The position numbers were made by a program, and so were the translations under genes. Below are positions 22,481 to 34,198 of a DNA stretch of 64,000 bases, piece by piece (position 1 is the stretch's first letter; each line of letters opens with the position of its first letter). The DNA is from Tubiluchus corallicola. Its lineage: Eukaryota; Animalia; Priapulida. The stretch covers positions 124,001-188,000 of the forward strand of contig JAQGDQ010000367.1 of assembly GCA_030141605.1 (NCBI GenBank), read 5' to 3'. The notes under the pieces are model-generated. The model was not told where the DNA came from. It was given only the letters and a program-made list of their open reading frames with translations, and searched no databases.

Positions 22481-23734
22481 TCAATGTTGTTTTGGAAAGA
22501 CATCATCTTCTACAATGTTCACAACAGCACCAGGCACCACGTGACTGCCATTGTCAAACGGTTGTAATTTTATGCTGTTTTGAGTTTTGGACATCCCATC
22601 CAACGATGAGGACGAACCACGACTTGTACGAGTGGCTTGTCCAACACTCGTCTTCGTGGTATTCTGACTTTCAAACTTGCTAGAGGTTGTGGTTGAATAC
22701 CTTCTAATGCCGGCACGTGCTGGTCCAGAACATTTCCACATCAGCTTCTTGAAAGACTTTCTAAACGTTTCATTATAGAACGAATAAACTACAACATTTG
22801 CCCAAGTGTTACAGAATATGAGCACGTAGGCCATGTTCAGAGCGATTCCATACCGCATGTCCTGTTCCGGCGTTGTTTTGCCCAGATTTTTTGTTCTCAA
22901 CATTTGTACAATGTACATTGGAAGATAAGCTATAGCAAACATGATCAAAATGGTGACCATCATGCGCACAGCTCTTTTCTTCCTTTCTACGCTTTCCTTT
23001 GGCAGCACCATTACAGCTTCAGAAGAGGAGGACCACAGATCGTAAATTATCTTTCCATATAAACCAGACATGATAAGCAACGGCAGAACATAACCGCAGA
23101 AAAGTATTACGATGGTAAATGTTAAAGCGGACTCGTTATCTGCACTTACTGAACAGTAAAATATGAACTCGTTGCTGTAATTGTATGGCTTGTGCACTAA
23201 ACGAATAATTTCTGCATCAGTTTCATTCGTAATGTCAGCAAGTAAAGGAAGATCAATACCAGCTATTTCTTCAATGATATAAGGTGAAACCAAATAACAA
23301 AACGCAACAATCCATATGATGCACAGAGCAACAGCTGTGTACCTATTGCCAAATTTTGGTTTTGACCAATGAACGATGGCTCTGTATCTGTCAGCCGCTA
23401 TTGCAATCATGGTAAATATTCCACTCAGAAAATTAAAGCCAGCTATAAACCAGACATTTGCCCATTTGCAGACGGATTTATCGTTCTCATATTGTTCTGG
23501 AGTGAAAAACAACATTCTAGCGTACACCGCAGCACAGGCCGACATTAAAATGTCCGCTACTGATAAGGAGAAAATGTACATGTTTTTCGGTGTCTTCATT
23601 TCACGATCCCACAAAAAAGTTACAATCACGGCTAAATTGCTGAACAATATCAAAATGAACTGCACAATAAACAAAATAACAAACAGCTCCCACCAACCAC
23701 CGCGGGGAAAGAAGTATACGAAAAGTTCAGCCAT
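22481..23734 (-). CDS. Intronless rhodopsin-class GPCR, copy 3
   Basis: 7TM; LSVAD, DRY, RKKRAVRMM, AYLP, NVVVY, FRKSF; long Ser/Thr-rich C-tail. Confidence 0.95.
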   Translation of the reverse strand: MAELFVYFFPRGGWWELFVILFIVQFILILFSNLAVIVTFLWDREMKTPKNMYIFSLSVADILMSACAAVYARMLFFTPEQYENDKSVCKWANVWFIAGFNFLSGIFTMIAIAADRYRAIVHWSKPKFGNRYTAVALCIIWIVAFCYLVSPYIIEEIAGIDLPLLADITNETDAEIIRLVHKPYNYSNEFIFYCSVSADNESALTFTIVILFCGYVLPLLIMSGLYGKIIYDLWSSSSEAVMVLPKESVERKKRAVRMMVTILIMFAIAYLPMYIVQMLRTKNLGKTTPEQDMRYGIALNMAYVLIFCNTWANVVVYSFYNETFRKSFKKLMWKCSGPARAGIRRYSTTTSSKFESQNTTKTSVGQATRTSRGSSSSLDGMSKTQNSIKLQPFDNGSHVVPGAVVNIVEDDVFPKQH

Positions 23735-24562
23735 TTTCACTTCATATAAGTTGTTTATGTTCCTCAGTCTATTTTCTATAATTAAAATGTTTGTTCTTAT
23801 ACACCACGTATCGTATCATTTTTACTGCTAGCATTCTGCCATACTTTCGAAACAGTTTTAACAGCACATGCATTTGACGGAAACAAGTTTTCAGGAAGTT
23901 AACTATGTCCTGACGCGAAACTTGAAAGTTTAGGTTCTAGCTACTCATGCATGTAAAGACGTTGTGCCATCAGATCCGGTACAGTCAGTAACAGCAGTTG
24001 CTGTTTCGAGCTGCGGGTGACGATGGCATATGAGTTTTGTCAGTTAAACCGCGTTAAAAAACACAGCCTTGCGATAGTAGCTTGTAAACAAATCAGATTT
24101 TATGTCCCAGGATATAACAGTTTGAGTAAACCAAACTATATCCTGCTTCGTGCATAACGAAAAAAAAACACTGACCACGATCCGCACTCTCTACTTTTGG
24201 TACATTTGGATATAATTCTTAATATTTCACGAGTGCAAGAAACCAAAAATTATATTTAGTTTTAAAAGGTTATTTGTATACTCAGCAAATTTTGAAGAAG
24301 TGTTCACGCGACATAATCAGGATGACCCAGAAAACAGGTAAAATTGGAGTATACAAGAATACCGGTAGCTTTGGTGTGAAAACAGATTAGAGAATATGCA
24401 TACGTTAATGCTGTTGACGCGAGTGAAATTTAAAAGGGCAAGATTTATCAATATGACAGAAGTGTCTGCAGATGGCAGCACTATGCAAAAAAGTTAAAGC
24501 AAGAATGATGAAAACATGATAATATGAATTTAATATAATTGAAGCAAATTCCTTCTCATTAC

Positions 24563-24600
<38 letters not shown>

Positions 24601-26189
24601 TACATTTGAAAAAGCAATATTTTTTTTACTTCTCGTTGTGTGGAGTTATTGTCTGAGATGACTCGTCAGCTCTTAAATAAAAGACCAAGCCTTCTATGAA
24701 GTTAGGCTAATTTTAATGTTCGGGAAAAATGATAGACGGATTTAGTAATAAAAGAGTGATACGCGCCTCGTGTAATCGGTAAAATCAAAGTCGCGATCAT
24801 TTCACGCTTGAACGTTCCCATTTTGAACGCCAATTCTTCACCAATGACGTCGTTCATCGACTGAAGGAAATCAACGCATTATTAATTTTTAAAGCATAAT
24901 AAGTTTTCACAAAAAATTAGCTAATTTTATGATATTCTTGCATGAACATCAGGTAAGCTACCAAAGGTTTTGAATTAGTTTATGCAGCGTGCGCTTACGA
25001 AAAGCCACGAACCACGGTGACGTCATAATTTTCAAGAGAATGGCGGCTACCACAGCTCCTGAAAATTTCTGTGCAACAATAGTATACATTAACTCATGAT
25101 TTGTAGACAGTTTTTGCAAATTTCTTTGTTATATTTTGTTAAATTTAAGTGACAATAGACAAATAAAGCGAATGTGCTAAGTGACCTGACCTTTCCTTTA
25201 ATGGATAACGTGAGAAATAGCAGAAAAAAACAGCGAACAGCCATGTTAAGAAAATTTCCCTTCTTTGACTTTCAAATTTATTTAAAGGGATCATCGTCAT
25301 GATGGACGGTATCAATGGCAAAGGCAGTAACAGCGCAGTGTACAAATTGAAAAAGTGGCACACGTAAATTAAAGGTTGGTATTACAAACTTAAATTAGTC
25401 TTAGGGTTGCACACGTATTTCCTATTTTTCTTCTGCTTCGATTTGTCCTTTTTTTCCTGTACTATATTCGCCGTGCCACAATTACATGTACCTACATTCA
25501 AATCCTGTACAAATTATCTTTAATTAGTGTACAACTACGCATTGGCTAGACACCCCTTCACTGTATTCCACAACATACCAGTTCACACCGGCTCATAGTT
25601 ATTAGAGAGCACCTAAAGGCTTCTTGATTTCTGCGATTTCTTCTAGAAAAGGTACAGAAATCATTTGCAGTTTTCAAGTGATGCATATTAGATCAGATTG
25701 ATATATTAATGCATTCAGTTATTCAACATTAAATTTACTTGTAGTTTTTCACATTGCACAGTAGTTTACTTCTTACTCACATTCCGTGCAAGTCCGAATT
25801 CTAAATCAGGGACTATCAGTTGTTTCTGATACATCATTAGCCTTCACGCTACGGCTTGCTTCAGACCCATGAACATGAGTGAATCGTACGCAGTGAATCT
25901 TACTATTTATAGCTGGAGCTATGATAAATATTTAAAAGTGCTAGACATTCGGGAAGTACAGAGCTATAGCAATTTAAAAAACAGACTAAACAATTTTGTT
26001 TAGCATAGCACAGTACCAGAATTCAACACCATCTCACATGTAGTTAACATTAACAGTTTTATTAATAATAGCCATTTAATTTGCTGCTTCATCTTTGCTT
26101 TTTCCATTTAGGTTTTAGAAATAGTTTTTGCGTTTAATAATAATTATTATTATTATTTCTAATCAGATTGATGATTACCACTTTTGTAT

Positions 26190-26650
26190 TTAAAGCACAA
26201 GAAAACACTCTTCATAAATAAAGCTTAAAACATCGTCTTGAAATTTTATACCACTTGCGTGTTGTTTTCTTCCATTGCGTTAGCAGTAACGCTGTATGAA
26301 TCTTGAATTCTTAAACTCCCGTGATAACGGTTGGGGAAGCCATTTTAAAGTCGAAATTAAAGTATAAATAACATCGTAAAAAGTTTGAAAAAATAATCAG
26401 AGCATTCGTAGCACATTTTTCTTTAACTAGCAAAAGTTTAAATGACTAGTGTCAGTAAGATCAGCAGTGTGTTTTTGATGAATCACTGGTATGCACTAGG
26501 TGATGCAGTGCCGTTTTATCAGATGGTGTGAATATTTTAAATTGTTAAGAATTTTCTTTTCCATTTACAAGTCTTTCAAACAGGTAAGCACAATGCTAAG
26601 TTATTACAATTTGTGCGGAAAGTTCGTTAGGATTACTTTAAAATTCCCAT
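26190..26650 (-). mobile_element. Interspersed repeat family A, inverted copy
   Basis: cttgaaattttataccacttg and tttgaaaaaataatcagagcattcgtagcaca are reverse complements of segments in 20190-20790. Confidence 0.8.
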
Positions 26651-26937
26651 TTAAAGTTATCAGGATATTGAGCTAGTTAATGAAGTCTTGGCACTCACAA
26701 AAGAAGAAATTGGCCTGACATTTCTCTGTGGTCACCAGTATAATAACTGAATCATCAGGTTGTTTTATGGTCTGTTTAGATCAGTTGTTTTTAAGAACAG
26801 CTTGGAAAAGTAGAATTCGATGGTGGCGCCGTCTCCTGGAAGGATTTGGAAACCTTTGCTCAATTAATTTATCCAGTTGCATTTGTTGCTAAATTGCTTG
26901 GCGAGCAATAAGACTGAATTAAGTTATGCCATAACAG

Positions 26938-27080
26938 CTGGGACAGAGTAGTCTAATGGTCATGCCGTTCGCCTATTAAGTAAAAAGTCCGTGGTTGAAA
27001 TCCAGGTTCAGTCCCACCTTTTTCACATTCTCTTTCTTGGATTTCTCAAGTTTAGTTTCAAAATTCAGCAACTGTGGGTA
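26938..27080 (+). mobile_element. tRNA-derived SINE, related to 13864-14000
   Basis: A-box TAGTCTAATGG, B-box GGTTGAAATCC, ggga..tccc acceptor-like ends; shared body. Confidence 0.65.
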
Positions 27081-28286
27081 CATTCCAGCATACAAAAAGC
27101 ACTGTAAAATCTACATAAAGCATACAGTGCCTCAAGAAGTACACTCCTCGTTTCAGTACATCAAATAAAATAAGAGAACTTCTAGGGAACGCTTTAATCG
27201 TTATTTTTATTTATAGGCGCTATCGCAATACATGCATACAGCTTAAAACTTTACAGAATTAAACATTTGAGCACAGCTGTAACAATTACAACAACCATGG
27301 AAGTAATATGCGCAAAAACAGCATGGAACATTTACACTTCAGATCAACTCGACATTCTCAGTAACAAGTAAAAAGGGTAATTCGCAAATCTAACATTGGA
27401 AATAGCTGCATAATTAAGTTAGCATTTAATCGTACATGGATAGTACTACTTATTTAAGCTTACGACACCATGGACGTATAACTGCATTGTACAGGTTTAG
27501 ACTTACGATTTCATGAATTTCCTTTTACCAAAAAATAAGACATTACATTCAAATTAATTTTATTTATCGCAAACTTAATATGTATAAGCAAATAAAAACT
27601 ACTTAGTTTAAACAGTTCAGTCAAAATGATGCTGTCGAATAAATTTTGATAATATAATATGAGCGAAAGATACCCACTTAAGTTATTGACATTGATATGG
27701 TTACCGAAGAACTATTAACACCGCAGCGACATCTCCCCAGTGAAATAAGGATCAGACAGCACAAAATTTTCAACTTCGACGAAATTGAAATGAAACTAAT
27801 TATATTTTGATAATGCGCAATAGTAACTGTTAACTTCATAAACACATAAATATGCAGAATGCTGATTAACGGAAAGCATTATATTTAGTATTTTTGTAGC
27901 TATAAAACATAAATGATAAGAAAATCAAGTACCTATGGATGTGCATTTTGTTACAATTATTTTACCAATTTAACATGGATAAAGAACAAAGTAAAATTAA
28001 TTCTACAAATTAGTTACTCGATTCTTAACAGAAAATTCTCAGTATCACAACGCTGAACAAAAAAATTCAAAATCTTAACACAAATCTTCATCCACGTTTT
28101 TCACAGTTATCAAATATGAAGCAGACTTTACAAGAAAATGGACACCTTTCCCTTTCTCCAATATTGAATATCACAAAGATAATGTTGCTCAGCAATAAAC
28201 TATCAATTTTTTGTGCAAACAAAATTATGGAATGTCATGTGAAAGAAACATGTAATTTTGGAATGACACACCATCATACTATTAAG

Positions 28287-28796
28287 TAGTGTTGCTCCAG
28301 ATACATTTTTTTGCCGGATAGAGAATACCGGATATCATCGAATATGTCCTCAAACTGACTTCCGGATTCGGATTATAGCCAGATAGGTTAGCTAAATTTG
28401 GATTGAATATGCGGAGCAGTTCAGATAGTAAACGTAAAAAATTAGTAAATGTTTGCAAAGTTTAGCATTTTCATTCAGCCTATCATCTGAAAGGATCGAG
28501 CCTGAAGATACACCATATTACCACACACAAACGAAAAAAGATGTAAAATTTTCGCCTTGAAAACACAAACATATGCTAAAACGTTCTTTAGTAATACGTT
28601 TTTTGGTAATATTTTATTTATTTATTTTCAGCTGTTATTGGAAAACTGTTTCAATTCCACATTACGAAAACCGGATAAAGAATATTTGCGAATATCAAAT
28701 TTTTATAACTACAGGATAATTTCAGATACGAATACCTGCAAAATCTCGCGAATATTATCATTTTTCGATACGAATCAGAAATCCGGAGCAACACAG
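28287..28796. mobile_element. hAT-like MITE
   Basis: TIR GTGTTGCTCC(A/G)GAT ... ATCCGGAGCAACAC; subterminal CCGGAT/CGAATA repeats; TSD not clearly preserved. Confidence 0.75.
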
Positions 28797-29866
28797 TTAT
28801 AACTGCCTATTCACTAATTATTCTTAGGCCTATTTACCAAAAATAAAGAGTCTTTGTGGATCATATTGGGCCCTAGGTCTACTTCAAGCTAAATGTATAG
28901 AAACTTACATCAACGGGTTACCTACACCATCTTCTAAGATACACAATGTTAACCAATTGCAAATAACCTGATCTATAGCAAAGTAATAAAGCCAAAGGAA
29001 TAAAGAATGGACAATTTAGTACAGATATCTGCTAGATCCACTATAAATCACCATGAAATATAGACAACTGTTTAAAAGTATAAAGCATACAGTATCTTTC
29101 AGAATTTAAGATACTTATAATAACATTAACTAATAAAATCACTTCTCATAAACAAAGTAACTGTGCACTTATAATAATTTCATTAATGTAAAAAATCAGA
29201 GAAGCTTTAAAATGGCACCAACCACCAAAAGCATTAACACAGAGCTGCAAGCCAATGAAGTAAGAGAGTAACACAACAAAAAGTTATAATTACTAATATA
29301 AGTTTAAAATATGTATATGCGCAATAAATACAATAGACTAAAATATTACTAAAGACAAATGAGATCATTCATTGTACATGTATACTATGCTTAATGAGCT
29401 AATGTATCAGTGCACACCACCTAAGCTTAGTAAGCTGTTTTGTTAGTGCGCAGATTAAAACACAAATACTTCTCTACATTCCAGAATATCATTAATGACT
29501 ATTATTAAACACCTATACATATAGACTAGCAGCAGCCGTGTGGTACGGTTAGTACTTAATAGATTAAAAGGCAATCTAATCTGTCAGTAAGTTAGATATA
29601 TTTGTTATAGCTACTAAGTAAGCATGTGAGTAAACACAATAAAGCACATAGACAGAGTATGGTCAGTGGCCTCCATAAACTTCCCACATACAAGTTATGT
29701 TACCATATCATACACATGTCAAAGACTTGGTAAAAGTTCAATTAATGACTCACAACTTGTTATACACCAGCCACTGCAACCATTTTCTCTGGTACTGCAT
29801 GAATGTGGAATGAATTTCTAACAGAGTGTGGCTTGTTCTATCATTTGATACGATTTACGTCTAGGT

Positions 29867-30838
29867 TTAAATATTTATCTTCTCTATTACGGCTGCAATG
29901 AGGTTACGCACTTCGCTACGACGAGACCTGCCTGTTGTGAGAACTTCTTGATGTGTAACGGCTCTCTTGTCTTCGTACTCCAGGACTATCATGTTGGTGA
30001 CGAGACAAATGCCTAAGACTCTTAGACCGCTGTGTCTCGCGATTATAACTTCATGACACATGCTCATGCCACACACGTCTCCGCCAACCATGCGCAGCAT
30101 CCTTGCCTCGGCATTCGTTTCGTAAGTTGGACCGGGAATTAAGCAGTAAATCCCTTCGTGAACCATATCGCCATAGCCTAGGTCAACGGCCACGCTCTTA
30201 GCCAGTGCACGCAACTCCGGATCAAATGCGTCGCTCATGGCAACAAACCGCTTTCCAGTCTTATCGTCCTTGTATCCACGCATGGGATTGTCCCCTGCGA
30301 ATCCAGGGAAATTCAACTGATCCTTGACAATAACGAAATCACCCGTGTTATACGTTTCATTCAGAGCACCACACACTCCTGTTGCTACAAATATTTCCAC
30401 CCCCATCCGTTTTAACATTCGAACTGGCATAGCACAAGTTGTGGGGTCAAATCCCTCGTGTACATGTAGCCTTCCTTCAAAAACAACTACCTCTTTTCCA
30501 TGGCACCTTCCAAGAACAAGCTCTCCCAAATGACCGGGTGTAGATGGTTTGGGAAATCCAGGAATGTCCGTGTACGGAATGATCTGCTTGTCTTCGATCA
30601 CTTTTGTGAAACCAGCAATGCCTATACCAGCAGTAATACCAATTTTAGGCCTAAATTCTGTGTTCTTCAATACATAATTAGCAGATATATCTATGTCACT
30701 CTCATGTAGAGATGCAATTCTTTTTAGTCGGCGACGTTTCTCTGTTCTTGGGCTGCCAGGCCCACCTTCAGAAAAAGCGCTATCATCTTCACGTTCCACA
30801 ACAGATTCATCAAAGCAAACGTGGTGAGACTGTGACAT
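29867..30838 (-). CDS. PNP: Purine nucleoside phosphorylase (trimeric PNP-I type), divergent, single coding exon
   Basis: IPYTDIPGFP, GHxGELVxG, GRxH, GPTYET, GMS, LVTN, HQEV. Splice acceptor (30845-30844) 5 nt upstream of the ATG at 30838; candidate 5' UTR donor G|gtgagt at ~31922. Confidence 0.93.
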   Translation of the reverse strand: MSQSHHVCFDESVVEREDDSAFSEGGPGSPRTEKRRRLKRIASLHESDIDISANYVLKNTEFRPKIGITAGIGIAGFTKVIEDKQIIPYTDIPGFPKPSTPGHLGELVLGRCHGKEVVVFEGRLHVHEGFDPTTCAMPVRMLKRMGVEIFVATGVCGALNETYNTGDFVIVKDQLNFPGFAGDNPMRGYKDDKTGKRFVAMSDAFDPELRALAKSVAVDLGYGDMVHEGIYCLIPGPTYETNAEARMLRMVGGDVCGMSMCHEVIIARHSGLRVLGICLVTNMIVLEYEDKRAVTHQEVLTTGRSRRSEVRNLIAAVIEKINI

Positions 30839-31922
30839 GTTGCCTATATACAATAAAAAATATACGTATTCAAAAATTTTGTTTAAATTTAAATGCATAT
30901 TTTAACTACATACTTTAATTCATCAGTAAAGATCCAGTGTGTCAGTTGTCCTCCAGCCCTAAGCAGAGCCCCATCTCATTAAACCTGCTCCAGGTCCCTG
31001 GGAACTATGCTTCAACAACACTGACCACCTACTGTGCATCCTTTACAACACAATTGCAGTTTGAAAGCAGTTTTATCACCAGCATATTCAACTAACCAGA
31101 ACAAAAACCTAGTTAGTCAATGAATAATTAGCATGATATTTCCCAAATCAGCAATCACACAGATTATCCAACAGCAAAGTACCTGGCAACTTGGGAAGTC
31201 CCAAGAGTCATAACAGACTCTTGTTATTAAAACTTAGGAGCGATTTGAGGAATACCTGGTCACATGAAGTCACTTTAACAGATAGACCCATCAGGCTATC
31301 CCTAGATATATATATGCCAATGGAACAAAGGGATAAACATTTTAATACATAAAACAATCAATCTTAGATTAAACTAAATTGTTAGCAGTACATTACATTT
31401 ACAAGCCTTTTGTAATAATGCAACCATCTAGAAACAAGAGTGTCTGAGTAAGATAACACAAAGTAAATGAACCCTAGTAAGACTTGGGAAATGTACGGAC
31501 AACAATTCCGCCTCCGACGTTTAAAATTTAACAGTGACTCTAACAGAGAATCATATTACATGTTGAGTTTGAGGTGAACCACGACCTTTTGGTTCTTGCC
31601 AACATGGCAAAAAGCCAAATGTACTGCAAATACGCAAGCTGAATATTATTTATAGCTTTAGAAGGTTCACGAGAAGTCGTCTTCCTCAGTTAACTTTTAC
31701 TGTTTACTAGCCGCTGCAGAGGAAGCAAGCGAAAGCCAGCAGGTGATACTGACTGTTACACTGTACGCAAGAACTTCAAAATTACAGTACTTAAAAACGA
31801 TAAAAATAAATAGTTCATAAATAGTTCATGGAAATCTAACAGTAACTCTTAAAGTGACTTAATCGGGCTTAGTTCAGTCGAAATACTAAAGTACAAAGAA
31901 AATGGCTGAAGCGAGCACTCAC

Positions 31923-32476
31923 CGTAATGCACGAAATTATCGATCTAACATCCGTTTATATTTGCTCAACAGACACTTTTTAATTCATTTATAATCAGTG
32001 AAACATTATTTTTCTACCAAAACTCTCGATAAATTTCGATAAATTAAACCGTTTGCTTGCAGGTGTAGTTACTCAACCGGATGTACTCAATTTTGCATTG
32101 AGCAACACGAAAAATACAGTATGCATGTGTTCATTGATCCATTGTGATACCACGTGACTTGCCACTCGTCATCGTTACACGCAGTCCAACCAAGCCTGCG
32201 CCTTACCACGCATTTACTTCGGTTGCTTCCACCGTTTTGTTGGTCGAAGATACAACCAAATTTTGTAATCCAACCAGTTTATATACGTCAAAAAACAATC
32301 ATTGATACCTTCGTACTTGTATAATAACCCACACAGATAAAATTAACGTTAATACAGTTTTAGATCTTAGCACACAAGTGGAAATTATTCTTGGATGAAA
32401 GCACCTAAAGACGTAGTCATGTGAAGGCGTTTCCATTCTTCGGGCAAATCTCTATTCATAGCGAGCAGCACTAAGT
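31923..32476. promoter_or_regulatory. Probable bidirectional promoter and first non-coding exons of PNP (-) and SOSS-B (+)
   Basis: Outward-facing donors at ~31922 (-) and ~32477 (+, gtaagt); CpG-richer segment with a CACGTG E-box at ~32151. Confidence 0.55.
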
Positions 32477-32865
32477 GTAAGTACCCATGTTGATTATGTA
32501 TTACAGCTTTCAATAAAAGTAAAATCAAATTAACGTAGTTATCGCAGCAATGTCATGAAATAGTGATTTTTGTTTTAACATTGGGCGTATTCATTCTTGC
32601 TTTGTTTGCATCGCCATCGTAATACTTATAGTATATTTTATGACGGCTAGAGGGCAGCACCGACTTATAAATTAGCAGAAAGTGGCTGCGGTCTGGCGAA
32701 CGTAATGATTTCCTATCTCGCACTCATAATTAAGTTTAGATTTTTATTCTATTTTTGTGTATGCAAATGCAAAATTAGAAGTTCGTCACCTGTTTTCTTT
32801 TGTAAAATTACTGCACTTTTGAAAGTTGAACAAGCATTATTGTACCAGCTCTTTGCATTTTATAA

Positions 32866-33717
<852 letters not shown>

Positions 33718-33785
33718 CATGTGCCATGACTGTCAATATCATGTGAGAAATTTGTGATAGATGTTTACTGTTTTGTGGTTATGGC

Positions 33786-34198
33786 CAGGGGCGTATTAAC
33801 CAAAAGGCTAATTAGGCTATAGCCTAGGGCGCCAAAGTTTGAGGTATCACATTTTAGAAAATGTTCTTGTTCTCCTCGGAAAATGTGTATACTTTCATAT
33901 TCGTGTAAAGGGCGCATTTTGTAATGCACCACAGGCAGTTACTGACCACAGCTTTTATATAAGTGCTACATAATGAACAGGTGCAAGGTATTACACAGCA
34001 AGCAGTTACGCATCCCACTTGAATATAAGCATTATGCAAATACATGTAATTAATAATAACTTTGTATAAACTAGCTTAATAATGTTTCTAATGCACCACA
34101 AGTAATTGTTTAAACTGCTCATTACATAAGCATTCACAATAGAGATGACAGGACAGAACTATCAGCCTAGGGCATTGTAAAGTCTTGATACGCCTCTG
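33786..34198. mobile_element. hAT-type MITE with intact 8-bp TSD, just 3' of the SOSS-B stop codon
   Basis: TIR CAGGGGCGTATTAA / TTGATACGCCTCTG; TSD GTTATGGC at 33778-33785 and 34199-34206. Confidence 0.92.
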
